From an uncultured Flavobacteriaceae bacterium (lineage in GTDB: Bacteria > Pseudomonadota > Alphaproteobacteria > Micropepsales > Micropepsaceae), in the NCBI GenBank assembly GCA_964493795.1, contig CAZBPO010000002.1:1014-44063 (forward strand): 43,050 nucleotides of DNA. The letters are read 5' to 3'. The translations under genes and the position numbers were made by a program. The notes under the pieces are model-generated. The model was not told the origin of the DNA. It ran no database searches and saw nothing but the letters and a program-made list of their open reading frames with translations. Numbering within the stretch: the stretch's first letter is position 1; the number at the start of each line of letters is the position of its first letter. Shown here one piece after another: positions 35,715 through 43,050 of this stretch.

Positions 35715-36001
35715 CGTGCGAACTCCAGCATCTGGGCGGGCGTTACGAGGCGCGTTTCCGGCGCCATGGCGGGGGCCAGAGGGCTGATCCGCCGTTCCAC
35801 CTCGCGCAGGAAGGCGATCGTCGCGACGCTGCGGATCGCCGAGATTTTCATGTGATTGGCTTCGCGGCCGACAAGGACGACGTGCTTGTCGGCGAGCGCC
35901 TGGCGCGTCATCCGGATATAGCCGGTGAGGCGGAACGGGAACGCCGCGTCGCCGGTGCGCTCAAGCGATCCGACCTCGATGCGCTGCAGGGCGGGCTTCA
36001 T
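35711..36001 (-). CDS. Hypothetical phage protein (96 aa)
   Basis: ATGA overlaps at both ends. Confidence 0.65.
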   Translation of the reverse strand: MKPALQRIEVGSLERTGDAAFPFRLTGYIRMTRQALADKHVVLVGREANHMKISAIRSVATIAFLREVERRISPLAPAMAPETRLVTPAQMLEFAR

Positions 36002-37590
36002 GCCGCCCTCGCGGAGACGCGGCTGCGGCGCGGCGCGCTCGTCTGCCGGATGCCTGGCACGACAAGGCCCTCAAGCGCCTGGGCGAACTGACGAAAGGCG
36101 TCGGCGGCCTCGGAATGCTCGTCGTGGCGCGGCTCGTCGCGCCATGCGCCGGTGATGTGGTTCCATTCCTTCCGATACGACGCGAGGTGGCGCAGGCCCT
36201 CCTTGCAGCCGGCCTCGTCGAACCAGCAGGCGGGGAAGATGTTGCGGACGATCTGGATGCCGTTGATGACCCGGTCGACTGCGGGCACGATTTCCCAGTC
36301 CCAGCCCGGCGTCAGGGCGCGCAGTTTGTCCTTCGGCGAGGCGATGCCGTGCTTTTCCTGGCGCTTGTGGTCGGCGTCGTGGGGCAGGAAATTGCGGCCC
36401 CAGATCCAGCCGGTCTTCTGCATCTCGGCGACGAAATGGTCATAGCCCTCGCCATAGGCCTCGTAGTAGCGCAGGAAGTTGTGCCGGCCCTGCACGACCT
36501 GGTGGAACCAGATGCCGGTGCCGTCCTTGCTGCCGATATCCCAGAACGTGTTGACCGGAATGCCGGGGATATAGGGGACGGCGGTGATCCGCCCTTCCAC
36601 GCGGGCGGCCGCCATCTGCGGGGCGTAATAGGTGCCCTCGGTCGATTGCTGGAAGGCTTCCTGCGGGTAGGACGGATATTCCTGCCACATCTTGGCGGGG
36701 TCGTCGGACAGATCGGCCCTGCGCTTGGCGACATACCAGGCCCGCTGGCTGTCGTTGATGGCCCGGCCGATGCGCGCCTCGGTCTCGGCGAAATAGCGAA
36801 GATCCTGCGGCGACAGCACAGCGCCCGGTCCCGGCATCGCGTAGCCGTCTTCGGCCCACCACGGATAGAAATGCAGACGATACTGCGCCTTGGTCAGCGG
36901 CCGCCCCATCTCGGCGACGGCGATGGCCTCCTGCGACTTCGCGTAGAAGTCGCCTTCCTGCCCCTCGGCCGTGGATTCGATGATGACGATGCCGTCCAGC
37001 GGCACGGCCTGAAGCGAGCCGGTCTGCACCTCGGCCGCTTTCAGCGGAAACCGGGCGCACATCTTCCCGTATTCCGAGACCAGCAGGCGATGGATCGTGC
37101 CTGACCGCATCGTCACCGCGCAGCGGATCGACGAGTTGTTGGCGAACATGATCTCCTGCCTGCTGGACGAGACCAGCGGGCGGACTTCGCGGATTTCCGG
37201 CGGCAGGTTGTTGTAGGCGAACAGCACCTTGTCGCGCATGATCGCTTCGGCGCTGTCGCGGTCGTAGCTGATGATGCCGCAGCGCTGATCCGGCACGAAC
37301 AGGGCGTGATCCAGCCACAGGATGCAGACCAGCGTGGTCATGCCCAGCTGGCGGGCCTTCAGGGTGAGGTTGCGGAACCACATCCGCCGGATGAAGCGGC
37401 GCTGATGGCGGTTCGGCCGGAAGGGGATCGCCGTGGTCTCGCCGTCGAGGCCGCCCGGCTTCTTGGTCATGATCTTGTAGAGGGCGCCGGAACACACCCG
37501 CCAGATCGGATCGGCCAGGCAGATTTCCAGCTCCTCCGGCGTCGAGGGCCGGAAGTCGAGATCGACGGTGCCTGGCCCCTCCCCGATCAT
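35998..37590 (-). CDS. terL: Terminase large subunit
   Basis: LKARQLGMTT Walker A, LLVSEYG Walker B, ESTAEG coupling motif, WDIG and HSEAADAFR nuclease motifs. Confidence 0.95.
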   Translation of the reverse strand: MIGEGPGTVDLDFRPSTPEELEICLADPIWRVCSGALYKIMTKKPGGLDGETTAIPFRPNRHQRRFIRRMWFRNLTLKARQLGMTTLVCILWLDHALFVPDQRCGIISYDRDSAEAIMRDKVLFAYNNLPPEIREVRPLVSSSRQEIMFANNSSIRCAVTMRSGTIHRLLVSEYGKMCARFPLKAAEVQTGSLQAVPLDGIVIIESTAEGQEGDFYAKSQEAIAVAEMGRPLTKAQYRLHFYPWWAEDGYAMPGPGAVLSPQDLRYFAETEARIGRAINDSQRAWYVAKRRADLSDDPAKMWQEYPSYPQEAFQQSTEGTYYAPQMAAARVEGRITAVPYIPGIPVNTFWDIGSKDGTGIWFHQVVQGRHNFLRYYEAYGEGYDHFVAEMQKTGWIWGRNFLPHDADHKRQEKHGIASPKDKLRALTPGWDWEIVPAVDRVINGIQIVRNIFPACWFDEAGCKEGLRHLASYRKEWNHITGAWRDEPRHDEHSEAADAFRQFAQALEGLVVPGIRQTSAPRRSRVSARAA

Positions 37591-38063
37591 TCGCCGCCCC
37601 CGTCATCGGGGCTGTCGGCCGACGCAACGGGAATGGTCGCCGAGGCGATCCGCTCGATCATCGAGAACAGCGGGTTCTCGGGGCTGACCCCGACTTCCAG
37701 CTTCTTGCCGTATTTGGCGGGCTTCAGGTGGCCGGCCGCCCATTTGCGGGCGTCCATGCGCAGCCGCCCGATCTGGGCATCGGTGGCGGTCAGCCCGTCA
37801 TTCAGGGCGCGTTCGGCCTGGACGTCGCCCTGTATCTCTCTCGCGCGCGCGTATTTCTCGCGGAACTCAAGGTTCTTCGGGTCGGCGAGGAATCGATACA
37901 CCGCCGAAGGCGACGGCATGAGCTTGGGATTGTCGCGGCAAATGCCCTCCAGGCCGAAGTCATGGAAGGGCAGATGCTCGAGGATGAACGCCTGGACTTC
38001 CGCCGTTACCGCGCACGGACGCCCTCTGCCCGAACGCGGAGGTGTCGCGGTCCCGTCAGACAC
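37587..38063 (-). CDS. terS: Terminase small subunit (Sf6-like)
   Basis: GRP..T, MPS..VYRFL..FREKYARARE..ARKW...LKP.KYG. Confidence 0.88.
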   Translation of the reverse strand: MSDGTATPPRSGRGRPCAVTAEVQAFILEHLPFHDFGLEGICRDNPKLMPSPSAVYRFLADPKNLEFREKYARAREIQGDVQAERALNDGLTATDAQIGRLRMDARKWAAGHLKPAKYGKKLEVGVSPENPLFSMIERIASATIPVASADSPDDGGGE

Positions 38064-38077
38064 GGGTATGGCCCCGG

Positions 38078-38109
38078 AAAAAGAAAACCCCCGGCTCGGG
38101 ACCGGAGGT
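38078..38109 (-). terminator. Intrinsic terminator immediately upstream of terS
   Basis: ACCUCCGGU-CCCGA-GCCGGGGGU followed by UUUCUUUUU. Confidence 0.7.
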
Positions 38110-38184
38110 CGGTCACGACGGGGGCACGGTTACAACGGCGATGTCACTCTTGCGGGGTAGAAATGCGCGCGTTCGATCTGGACG

Positions 38185-38631
38185 TCAAGAACTGGTGTCG
38201 TACCGTTGAGGCGCGGTCGTGGCGTAAAGCACGACCTGCCTCGGCCCTGGCTTGGCGGGGGCAATTCTCAGTTCGATGTCAACCCGGGCCGGCATGCTAG
38301 GATCGCAGCAGAGATCGCCGACCTCCTCCTCCAGTGCTGCGAGGGTGAAGTTGTTGTAGCGCGTGTGAAACACCCGCTCCGTCACAATGGCGGTTGCAAT
38401 GGGCGCGGCCGGCCTGGTGTCTGCGCCAGCAGCGATAGTCCGGTCTTCGGGGGGCAATTCATGGAAGAGGCGGCATATCGCCTCCGCCGCGATGTCCACG
38501 CCGACGCCCAATTTCCACGCCGAGCTGGAACTATTGTATATCGCCTGTTTGATGCGATCTCGAAGTTGCCTCCCCGCCGCCACGGCATCATGGCCCGGAA
38601 TCTCGGGTTCAGCATCAGGGGTGTCGGTCAT
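38185..38631 (-). CDS. Hypothetical protein (148 aa)
   Basis: GAGG SD before MTDTPDAEPE; lower GC than the core genes. Confidence 0.55.
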   Translation of the reverse strand: MTDTPDAEPEIPGHDAVAAGRQLRDRIKQAIYNSSSSAWKLGVGVDIAAEAICRLFHELPPEDRTIAAGADTRPAAPIATAIVTERVFHTRYNNFTLAALEEEVGDLCCDPSMPARVDIELRIAPAKPGPRQVVLYATTAPQRYDTSS

Positions 38632-38687
38632 GGCAGCATCCTCAATCTCTTGCAAAGAATAGCGCCCCCCAACCGCGCCGCCAAGGC

Positions 38688-38972
38688 TCACTCGTATTGC
38701 GATGTGGATGTTGGGTTTTTCGCCATGTCATGCAGGCGGGTGTCTGCGCGGCGGACGGCGTTGACGAGGTTTGAGAGGTCGAGCCAGAGCGGATCGGATA
38801 GCAGCTTGAAGCGAATGCCGTGTTCGATATAGAGCCGCGTCTCGCGCTGACGGATGAGCTGCTCGATCTTGAGCAGCGACGTCCGGAGATCGCGTACCGG
38901 CACCTCGTCGGGAAGACCGGCAGGCGCCTCTCCGGTCTCTTTTTTAGCAGGCTTAGAAATCATCGTCGTCAT
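38688..38972 (-). CDS. Hypothetical protein (94 aa)
   Basis: Helical ORF following the DUF3467-like gene. Confidence 0.55.
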   Translation of the reverse strand: MTTMISKPAKKETGEAPAGLPDEVPVRDLRTSLLKIEQLIRQRETRLYIEHGIRFKLLSDPLWLDLSNLVNAVRRADTRLHDMAKNPTSTSQYE

Positions 38973-39004
38973 GCCGCCATCGATCTTCCTTCATGACACG
39001 GCCC

Positions 39005-39325
39005 CTACTCAGCCGGCAGAAGACTTTCGGTGAAGGCGGTCGAAATCGGCCCGCTTTTCTCTTCGATCTGCCGCACATAGGCCGAGAGCAGCAGCGAGGC
39101 GTCCTTCAGCGTTTCCTTGCTGACCTGCACGCTCACCGCTGGAGCCAGAACGGCGGATTTTCTGCCGTCGATCGTCACCGCCTCGGGGCGCGACAGCAGC
39201 AGCAGGAAATCATTGCCGAGGGCGATGATCTCAAGCGTGTTGGCGCTGACGCGGGGGTGGTCCGCCAGCGGCGCCGGGGCCTGCGCCGCCGCAGGACGGC
39301 TGGCCGGGGTGGGTTTCTTCGCCAT
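39005..39325 (-). CDS. DUF3467-like protein
   Basis: AAGGAG SD; SAN..I....NDF.L....V.VS...LK....L...V.QIE...GPI pattern. Confidence 0.6.
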   Translation of the reverse strand: MAKKPTPASRPAAAQAPAPLADHPRVSANTLEIIALGNDFLLLLSRPEAVTIDGRKSAVLAPAVSVQVSKETLKDASLLLSAYVRQIEEKSGPISTAFTESLLPAE

Positions 39326-39363
39326 GGTGATCTCCTTTTTTCGTCGCCGGTATGGCGGCCTTG

Positions 39364-39825
39364 TCAGGCATTCGGGTCAGTTTGCCCATTTGCGCAATCC
39401 CGCAATGTGCCCACCGCAGCGGTCAGATGGATGGCGTCGCGGGCGCAGGTCATCGTCCATATGGCCGTCTCGGCGATCAGGCGGTGGCCCAACCGGCGGG
39501 CGGCTGCATGCATCTGCGCCAGCATGGCCGACTTGATCTCCGCCAGCTGCGGCGTGATCCAGGCGGCGGCGTCCTGCCCGGGCGGCGCGCGGAATTCCCG
39601 GCCCGAGACCATGCTGTCGATCTCCTCGGCCGCCGCCGCCGGATATATCTCGCGGACGTGGCCGATCACGGCGACCAGCGGAAGGGGGCCGTCCGGCGCC
39701 CTGATGTCCTGCAACGTGCGAATCCGCCCTTGCACCGGCGGATCGTCGGCGATCGCCGGGGCCGAGCGGATCGGCCGGCTGCGCCGCTCGATCTCTTGCC
39801 AGTCATGAGCGTCGTCGCAGATCAT
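39364..39825 (-). CDS. Hypothetical protein (153 aa)
   Basis: ATGA overlap with the upstream replication gene. Confidence 0.6.
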   Translation of the reverse strand: MICDDAHDWQEIERRSRPIRSAPAIADDPPVQGRIRTLQDIRAPDGPLPLVAVIGHVREIYPAAAAEEIDSMVSGREFRAPPGQDAAAWITPQLAEIKSAMLAQMHAAARRLGHRLIAETAIWTMTCARDAIHLTAAVGTLRDCANGQTDPNA

Positions 39826-40565
39826 GCGGGCTCTCCTTCCTCGGTCTCTAGATCGTCCAGGCGCGGCGCATCCGCGCTCGGCGTCCAGCCTTCCCGCTGC
39901 CAGGGGCGAACCGGGTTGAGATAGTCGCTGGCCGCCGGACGATGAGCCTCCTCCTCGGCCTGTGCGCGGGCTCGCAGCCCCGCGATGTAGTCGGCCAGCT
40001 TGCGCTCTGCGCCGGCCGCATCGACTGCGACGAAGTTATTGCCCCGCTGCGGCGGCGAGGCCGCGCGTTCCAGCCGCGCCAGAACGCGGTTCACGTCGGC
40101 GAGCGCATCGCGGCGTCGTTTGACCATCGCCTGCGCTCTGAGCAGCAGTTCGGCCGGTCGCGGAAACCACTTCTCCGTACGCCGCCATTCGCGGCAGGCC
40201 TCCTCCACGATATCGGCCGGGACGTCCGCGAAGTCCTGCGCCATATCGAGGCAGACGGCCTTGGCCTGTCCCTGGCTGTAGTCGGGGCGCGGGAAGTGCA
40301 GCATCAGCGTCATGAGCGCCGTCAGAACCTGCTTCGGCGCCGCCGGCCGCAGCCGGTCCGCGAGATCATCGCGCAGTCGCGCCACGTCGGCACGGTCGAT
40401 CTGCGTGGGGCGCACGTCGGGCGGCCAGCCACCTCCGTCACGGAGCCATTCCGCCGCCCTCGAGAGTTTCGAGGGCATCGAGCGCTCCGGCCATGAAATC
40501 GTCGGCGAGAGCGGGCTTCCCCCTGCCTCCTGCACGAGCGGCAGCGGCGCTTGGATTTCCGTCAT
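39822..40565 (-). CDS. Replication protein (lambda P / helicase-loader-like position); start may be 40478
   Basis: DFADVPADIVEEACREWRRTEKWFPRPAEL motif; directly follows the initiator. Confidence 0.6.
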   Translation of the reverse strand: MTEIQAPLPLVQEAGGSPLSPTISWPERSMPSKLSRAAEWLRDGGGWPPDVRPTQIDRADVARLRDDLADRLRPAAPKQVLTALMTLMLHFPRPDYSQGQAKAVCLDMAQDFADVPADIVEEACREWRRTEKWFPRPAELLLRAQAMVKRRRDALADVNRVLARLERAASPPQRGNNFVAVDAAGAERKLADYIAGLRARAQAEEEAHRPAASDYLNPVRPWQREGWTPSADAPRLDDLETEEGEPA

Positions 40566-41328
40566 AACCGCCCTCCAGGAGCTTGGTGAATTTCGCCGGT
40601 TTCAGAAAAAATTCGAGGTCCGGCCGCCAGTTCTCGTGGCCGGCGCTGCGGCCGGTTTCGCCGCGCAGGAACGGCGAGGCGCGCGCCCGGGACAGCGCCG
40701 CCTGCCAGCCCTCGATGCCGCCGGCCTGCCGGATTCTGGCTTTCAGACCGACGCGGCGTTGTGCGGTGATATCCTTCGCAACAGGCCATCCGCACTGTCG
40801 GGCGGCGTCGTTGTAGGCCGTGACAGCGGCGGACACCTCCATAGAAGAACCGTCAGGTTCTTCTGGTGAAGGTGAAGGTGAAGTGGTGGACGTTACGTTG
40901 CTCGTGACGTTCGACGTTACGTCGGTCGTCACGTCATCCGTCACGGTCTTTGTGACGTCACGCTTGCGAGAACCGTCACGTTCTTTCCGCGCGTTCGTCG
41001 CGGCCTCGGTGCGCTGGCGCTGGACGGCTAGCCGATCACGGGCTTTGGCGAGTTCGGTCTCCGCGCGCTTCTGCGTCCAGACCCCGTCCGCCAAAATGAA
41101 GAACTCGGCCAGCACCGGGCGCAGCTTCCGCCACTCCGCCGGCGTCGTCTTGGTGATGGCCTGGAAGCGGACGTTGTCGTCGGGAAGCGGCGAGCCCCGT
41201 CGCCAGTAGGCGTAGAGCAGCAGATCGTAGGCCCCGTGTTGGAGCGTCGTCAGGTGCGTGGTGTCGGCCAGATAGTCCGCGATCCAGAGCGGCATGAACC
41301 CCTGCACCTCATTGGTTTCGCGGGTCAT
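40438..41328 (-). CDS. DUF1376/YdaU-family replication initiator
   Basis: FMPLWIADYLADTTHLTTLQHGAYDLLL..W N-terminal domain; C-terminal SPFLRG..W..D..F.LK...K.LEG.Y. Confidence 0.9.
   Translation of the reverse strand: MTRETNEVQGFMPLWIADYLADTTHLTTLQHGAYDLLLYAYWRRGSPLPDDNVRFQAITKTTPAEWRKLRPVLAEFFILADGVWTQKRAETELAKARDRLAVQRQRTEAATNARKERDGSRKRDVTKTVTDDVTTDVTSNVTSNVTSTTSPSPSPEEPDGSSMEVSAAVTAYNDAARQCGWPVAKDITAQRRVGLKARIRQAGGIEGWQAALSRARASPFLRGETGRSAGHENWRPDLEFFLKPAKFTKLLEGGYDGNPSAAAARAGGRGKPALADDFMAGALDALETLEGGGMAP
40891..40980. repeat. Iteron-like 12-bp-period repeats (CGTNACGT); probable phage replication origin
   Basis: Copies start at 40891, 40903, 40915, 40927, 40939 and 40951, with further CGTCACG at 40956 and 40974; inside the initiator linker. 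Confidence 0.7.
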
Positions 41329-41678
41329 GCCGCCAGGTCCTCGTCCATCTCGTCGGCGAGCGCGTCGGCGCTTTCGCCCATGAAGGCGGCGATGCGGCCG
41401 ATCAGCGCCGGGCTCGACGGCCGGCGCAGGCCTTCCTCAAAGCAGATGTAGTGATCGGGCCGGATGCCCAGATAAGCCGCGACCTCCAGCGGCGTCTTGC
41501 CGGCCTTGGCGCGCGCGGCGGCCAGGCGGCGCGCGAAAGGCAGGCGCGCCTCTGTCCTCGGGCTGGTGCCGAGCAGGCGGCGCACCGGCTCTGCGCCATA
41601 GATGCGCTCAAGCTCGGTCTGGCCCATGCCCCGATTGTGATGGCGCATGATGGCGTCGTTCACGGTTTCCCGGCTCAT
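41325..41678 (-). CDS. XRE-family HTH protein
   Basis: FARRLAAARAKAGKTPLEVAAYLGI...FEEGLRRP. Confidence 0.8.
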   Translation of the reverse strand: MSRETVNDAIMRHHNRGMGQTELERIYGAEPVRRLLGTSPRTEARLPFARRLAAARAKAGKTPLEVAAYLGIRPDHYICFEEGLRRPSSPALIGRIAAFMGESADALADEMDEDLAA

Positions 41679-41947
41679 GCGGCGATCCCTTTCAAGGTGT
41701 CGATACGTGCGACGATCTGCGCCACCACGGCCGGGTCGGCCCGCCGCGCGCCGGTCAGGATCGTCGCGTGGTGGCGCACGAAGATGCGCCCGATCATCGG
41801 ATAGGCGCGGCCGGTCATCTCCCGGGCGGCGCGATAGGCGGCGTTACGGATGGTGCAGACCTGTCGGGCATAGACCCGCGTGCGCAGGTCGACCCCGGCC
41901 ATCCGGGACGCTGCCTCAAGGATCTCGCGGACGGTCACGACCTTCAT
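41675..41947 (-). CDS. DnaA C-terminal-like HTH protein
   Basis: Start MKVVTVREIL (ATGA overlap); R..A...ARE.TG..YP.IGR.F.RHH.TI..G.R pattern. Confidence 0.8.
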   Translation of the reverse strand: MKVVTVREILEAASRMAGVDLRTRVYARQVCTIRNAAYRAAREMTGRAYPMIGRIFVRHHATILTGARRADPAVVAQIVARIDTLKGIAA

Positions 41948-42606
41948 GCCGCCCCCGCGAATTTCGTGACCTCGTTGCCCCACGCCGCCCAGCCCTTGCG
42001 CGCCTCCCGGGCGAACAGCTCGCAATACGGCCCGTCGAACATCTGTTCGACACGGTCGAAATGCTCGTCAGGCTTGCGGCTATGCTCGCGGCGCGGCGCA
42101 CGGATGCAGTCCAGAGGCATCGCGAAGATGAAGTCGCGGACGCTGCGCGACGATGCCCGCTCGTCGGTCACGCCGAAGAAGGACAGCGGCTTGCGAAGCT
42201 GCGGCTCGCCCCGCACCAGCATCAGGCAGGGCTCGAGGTTCTTGCGCGAGCCATAGCCCGCGCCGAACGCATACAGCCCGGTTTCCGGATTCCACTTGAT
42301 CCATTCCCAGGCCAGCGAACCGAAGCGCAGGCCCCAGCTTTCGATGATCCGCATCCACGACGGCATGGTCGGCCAGGTCACCCAGGCGAAGACGACGCAG
42401 TCCTGCGCCATCAGCACGTCGAGCGGCAGCGCCCCGATATCGTCCATCGTCATCGTGTCGTAGTGCTGGCTGGCCGACTTGCCCTGCCCCGCCTCGCTGT
42501 AGGTCTCGAACGGCCACGGCGCATCGATCGACAGCACGGGGAAGCCTCCGGCGGGCCGAAGCGCGGCGAACTGGTCTTTGATGGCGGCCAGATCGGCGGG
42601 GCGCAT
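41944..42606 (-). CDS. MT-A70-family adenine methyltransferase
   Basis: IDAPW (DPPW variant), HYDTM, WGL..W.K, REHSRKP, ELFAR..GW.AWGNE. Confidence 0.9.
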   Translation of the reverse strand: MRPADLAAIKDQFAALRPAGGFPVLSIDAPWPFETYSEAGQGKSASQHYDTMTMDDIGALPLDVLMAQDCVVFAWVTWPTMPSWMRIIESWGLRFGSLAWEWIKWNPETGLYAFGAGYGSRKNLEPCLMLVRGEPQLRKPLSFFGVTDERASSRSVRDFIFAMPLDCIRAPRREHSRKPDEHFDRVEQMFDGPYCELFAREARKGWAAWGNEVTKFAGAA

Positions 42607-42674
42607 CAGGCGGCCCTCGCCTTGCGGATGCGCCGCCAGCGGCTAGGCTGTCCCGAAAGAGCCGGGGGGAGAAA

Positions 42675-43050
42675 ATGGCTGTTCTGGTTTACGACTGCCC
42701 GCACTGCGGTGCGGCGCAAATGACGCACCACATCATCTCGAGCTACTCGAGGACTGACAAGAGCGCTTTCGACTGCTTCGCGCTTTGCGCGGGGTGCAGC
42801 GAAACTACGATATGTGAGATCAAGACGATCAGGGGCTACACCGTCGATGATCCCAGCACAACGCCGTTCATCGAGAACCACTACTTCGTTGAAAGCGTTA
42901 CGCCGGAACCGGAAGCGGTCGGTGCCCCGAATGGAACCCCTGACCGCGTGGCGCGCCGCTTCGTGGAAGCCAGCGAAAGCTTTCGCGCCCAACGCTGGAA
43001 CAGCGCCGCGACCATGTTCCGGTCCGTCCTCGATATCGCCACCAAGAACC
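42675..43050 (+). CDS. DUF4145 (HEPN-like) protein with N-terminal zinc ribbon; 5' part, runs off window
   Basis: Manual translation MAVLVYDCPHCG...CAGC...PDRVARRFVEASESFRAQRWNSAATMFRSVLDIATKN; GGGGAG SD. Not in the ORF track. Confidence 0.8.
   Translation, partial: MAVLVYDCPHCGAAQMTHHIISSYSRTDKSAFDCFALCAGCSETTICEIKTIRGYTVDDPSTTPFIENHYFVESVTPEPEAVGAPNGTPDRVARRFVEASESFRAQRWNSAATMFRSVLDIATKN

Larger units (their letters stand above)
890..43050. mobile_element. Prophage (temperate podovirus-type, N4-gp56-family capsid), integrated at tRNA-Thr; continues beyond the window
   Basis: Contiguous terminase, portal, scaffold, capsid, adaptor/nozzle, ejection, lysis, fibre and replication genes starting right after the tRNA 3' end. 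No tape measure, sheath or tail tube gene seen, and no obvious frameshifts. Confidence 0.95.

Noticed and set aside
41944..42606. MT-A70 methyltransferase as part of a restriction-modification system
   Set aside because: No cognate endonuclease visible; orphan MTases are common in phage early regions.

Overview
GC-rich alphaproteobacterial-type chromosome. The first ~0.9 kb is host DNA (5' part of murA, a small ORF, tRNA-Thr(GGT)). The remaining ~42 kb is an apparently intact temperate podovirus-type prophage that runs off the right end; its integrase, repressor and second att site are not in the window. It has an N4-gp56-family capsid and a 933W/F116/Bcep22-like late gene order. Almost all prophage genes are on the minus strand. 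Right to left: MT-A70 methyltransferase, HTH genes, DUF1376 replication initiator with iterons, TerS/TerL, portal, scaffold, a CsrA-like small protein, major capsid, adaptors/nozzle, ejection proteins including a 2699-aa polyvalent protein, an NYN moron, the lysis cassette, a 1952-aa repeat fibre, and a plus-strand SRAP operon next to the tRNA. Strongest unexplained signals: (1) a shared leader motif GCGCAGAAGUGC coupled to SD-sequestering hairpins ahead of the capsid, endolysin and giant-protein genes, next to a CsrA-fold gene; (2) a probable overprinted gene inside the giant protein; (3) a promoter-hairpin-U-tract leader ahead of the NYN RNase, resembling an RNA-antitoxin system. All family calls are by eye from motifs; no searches were run.
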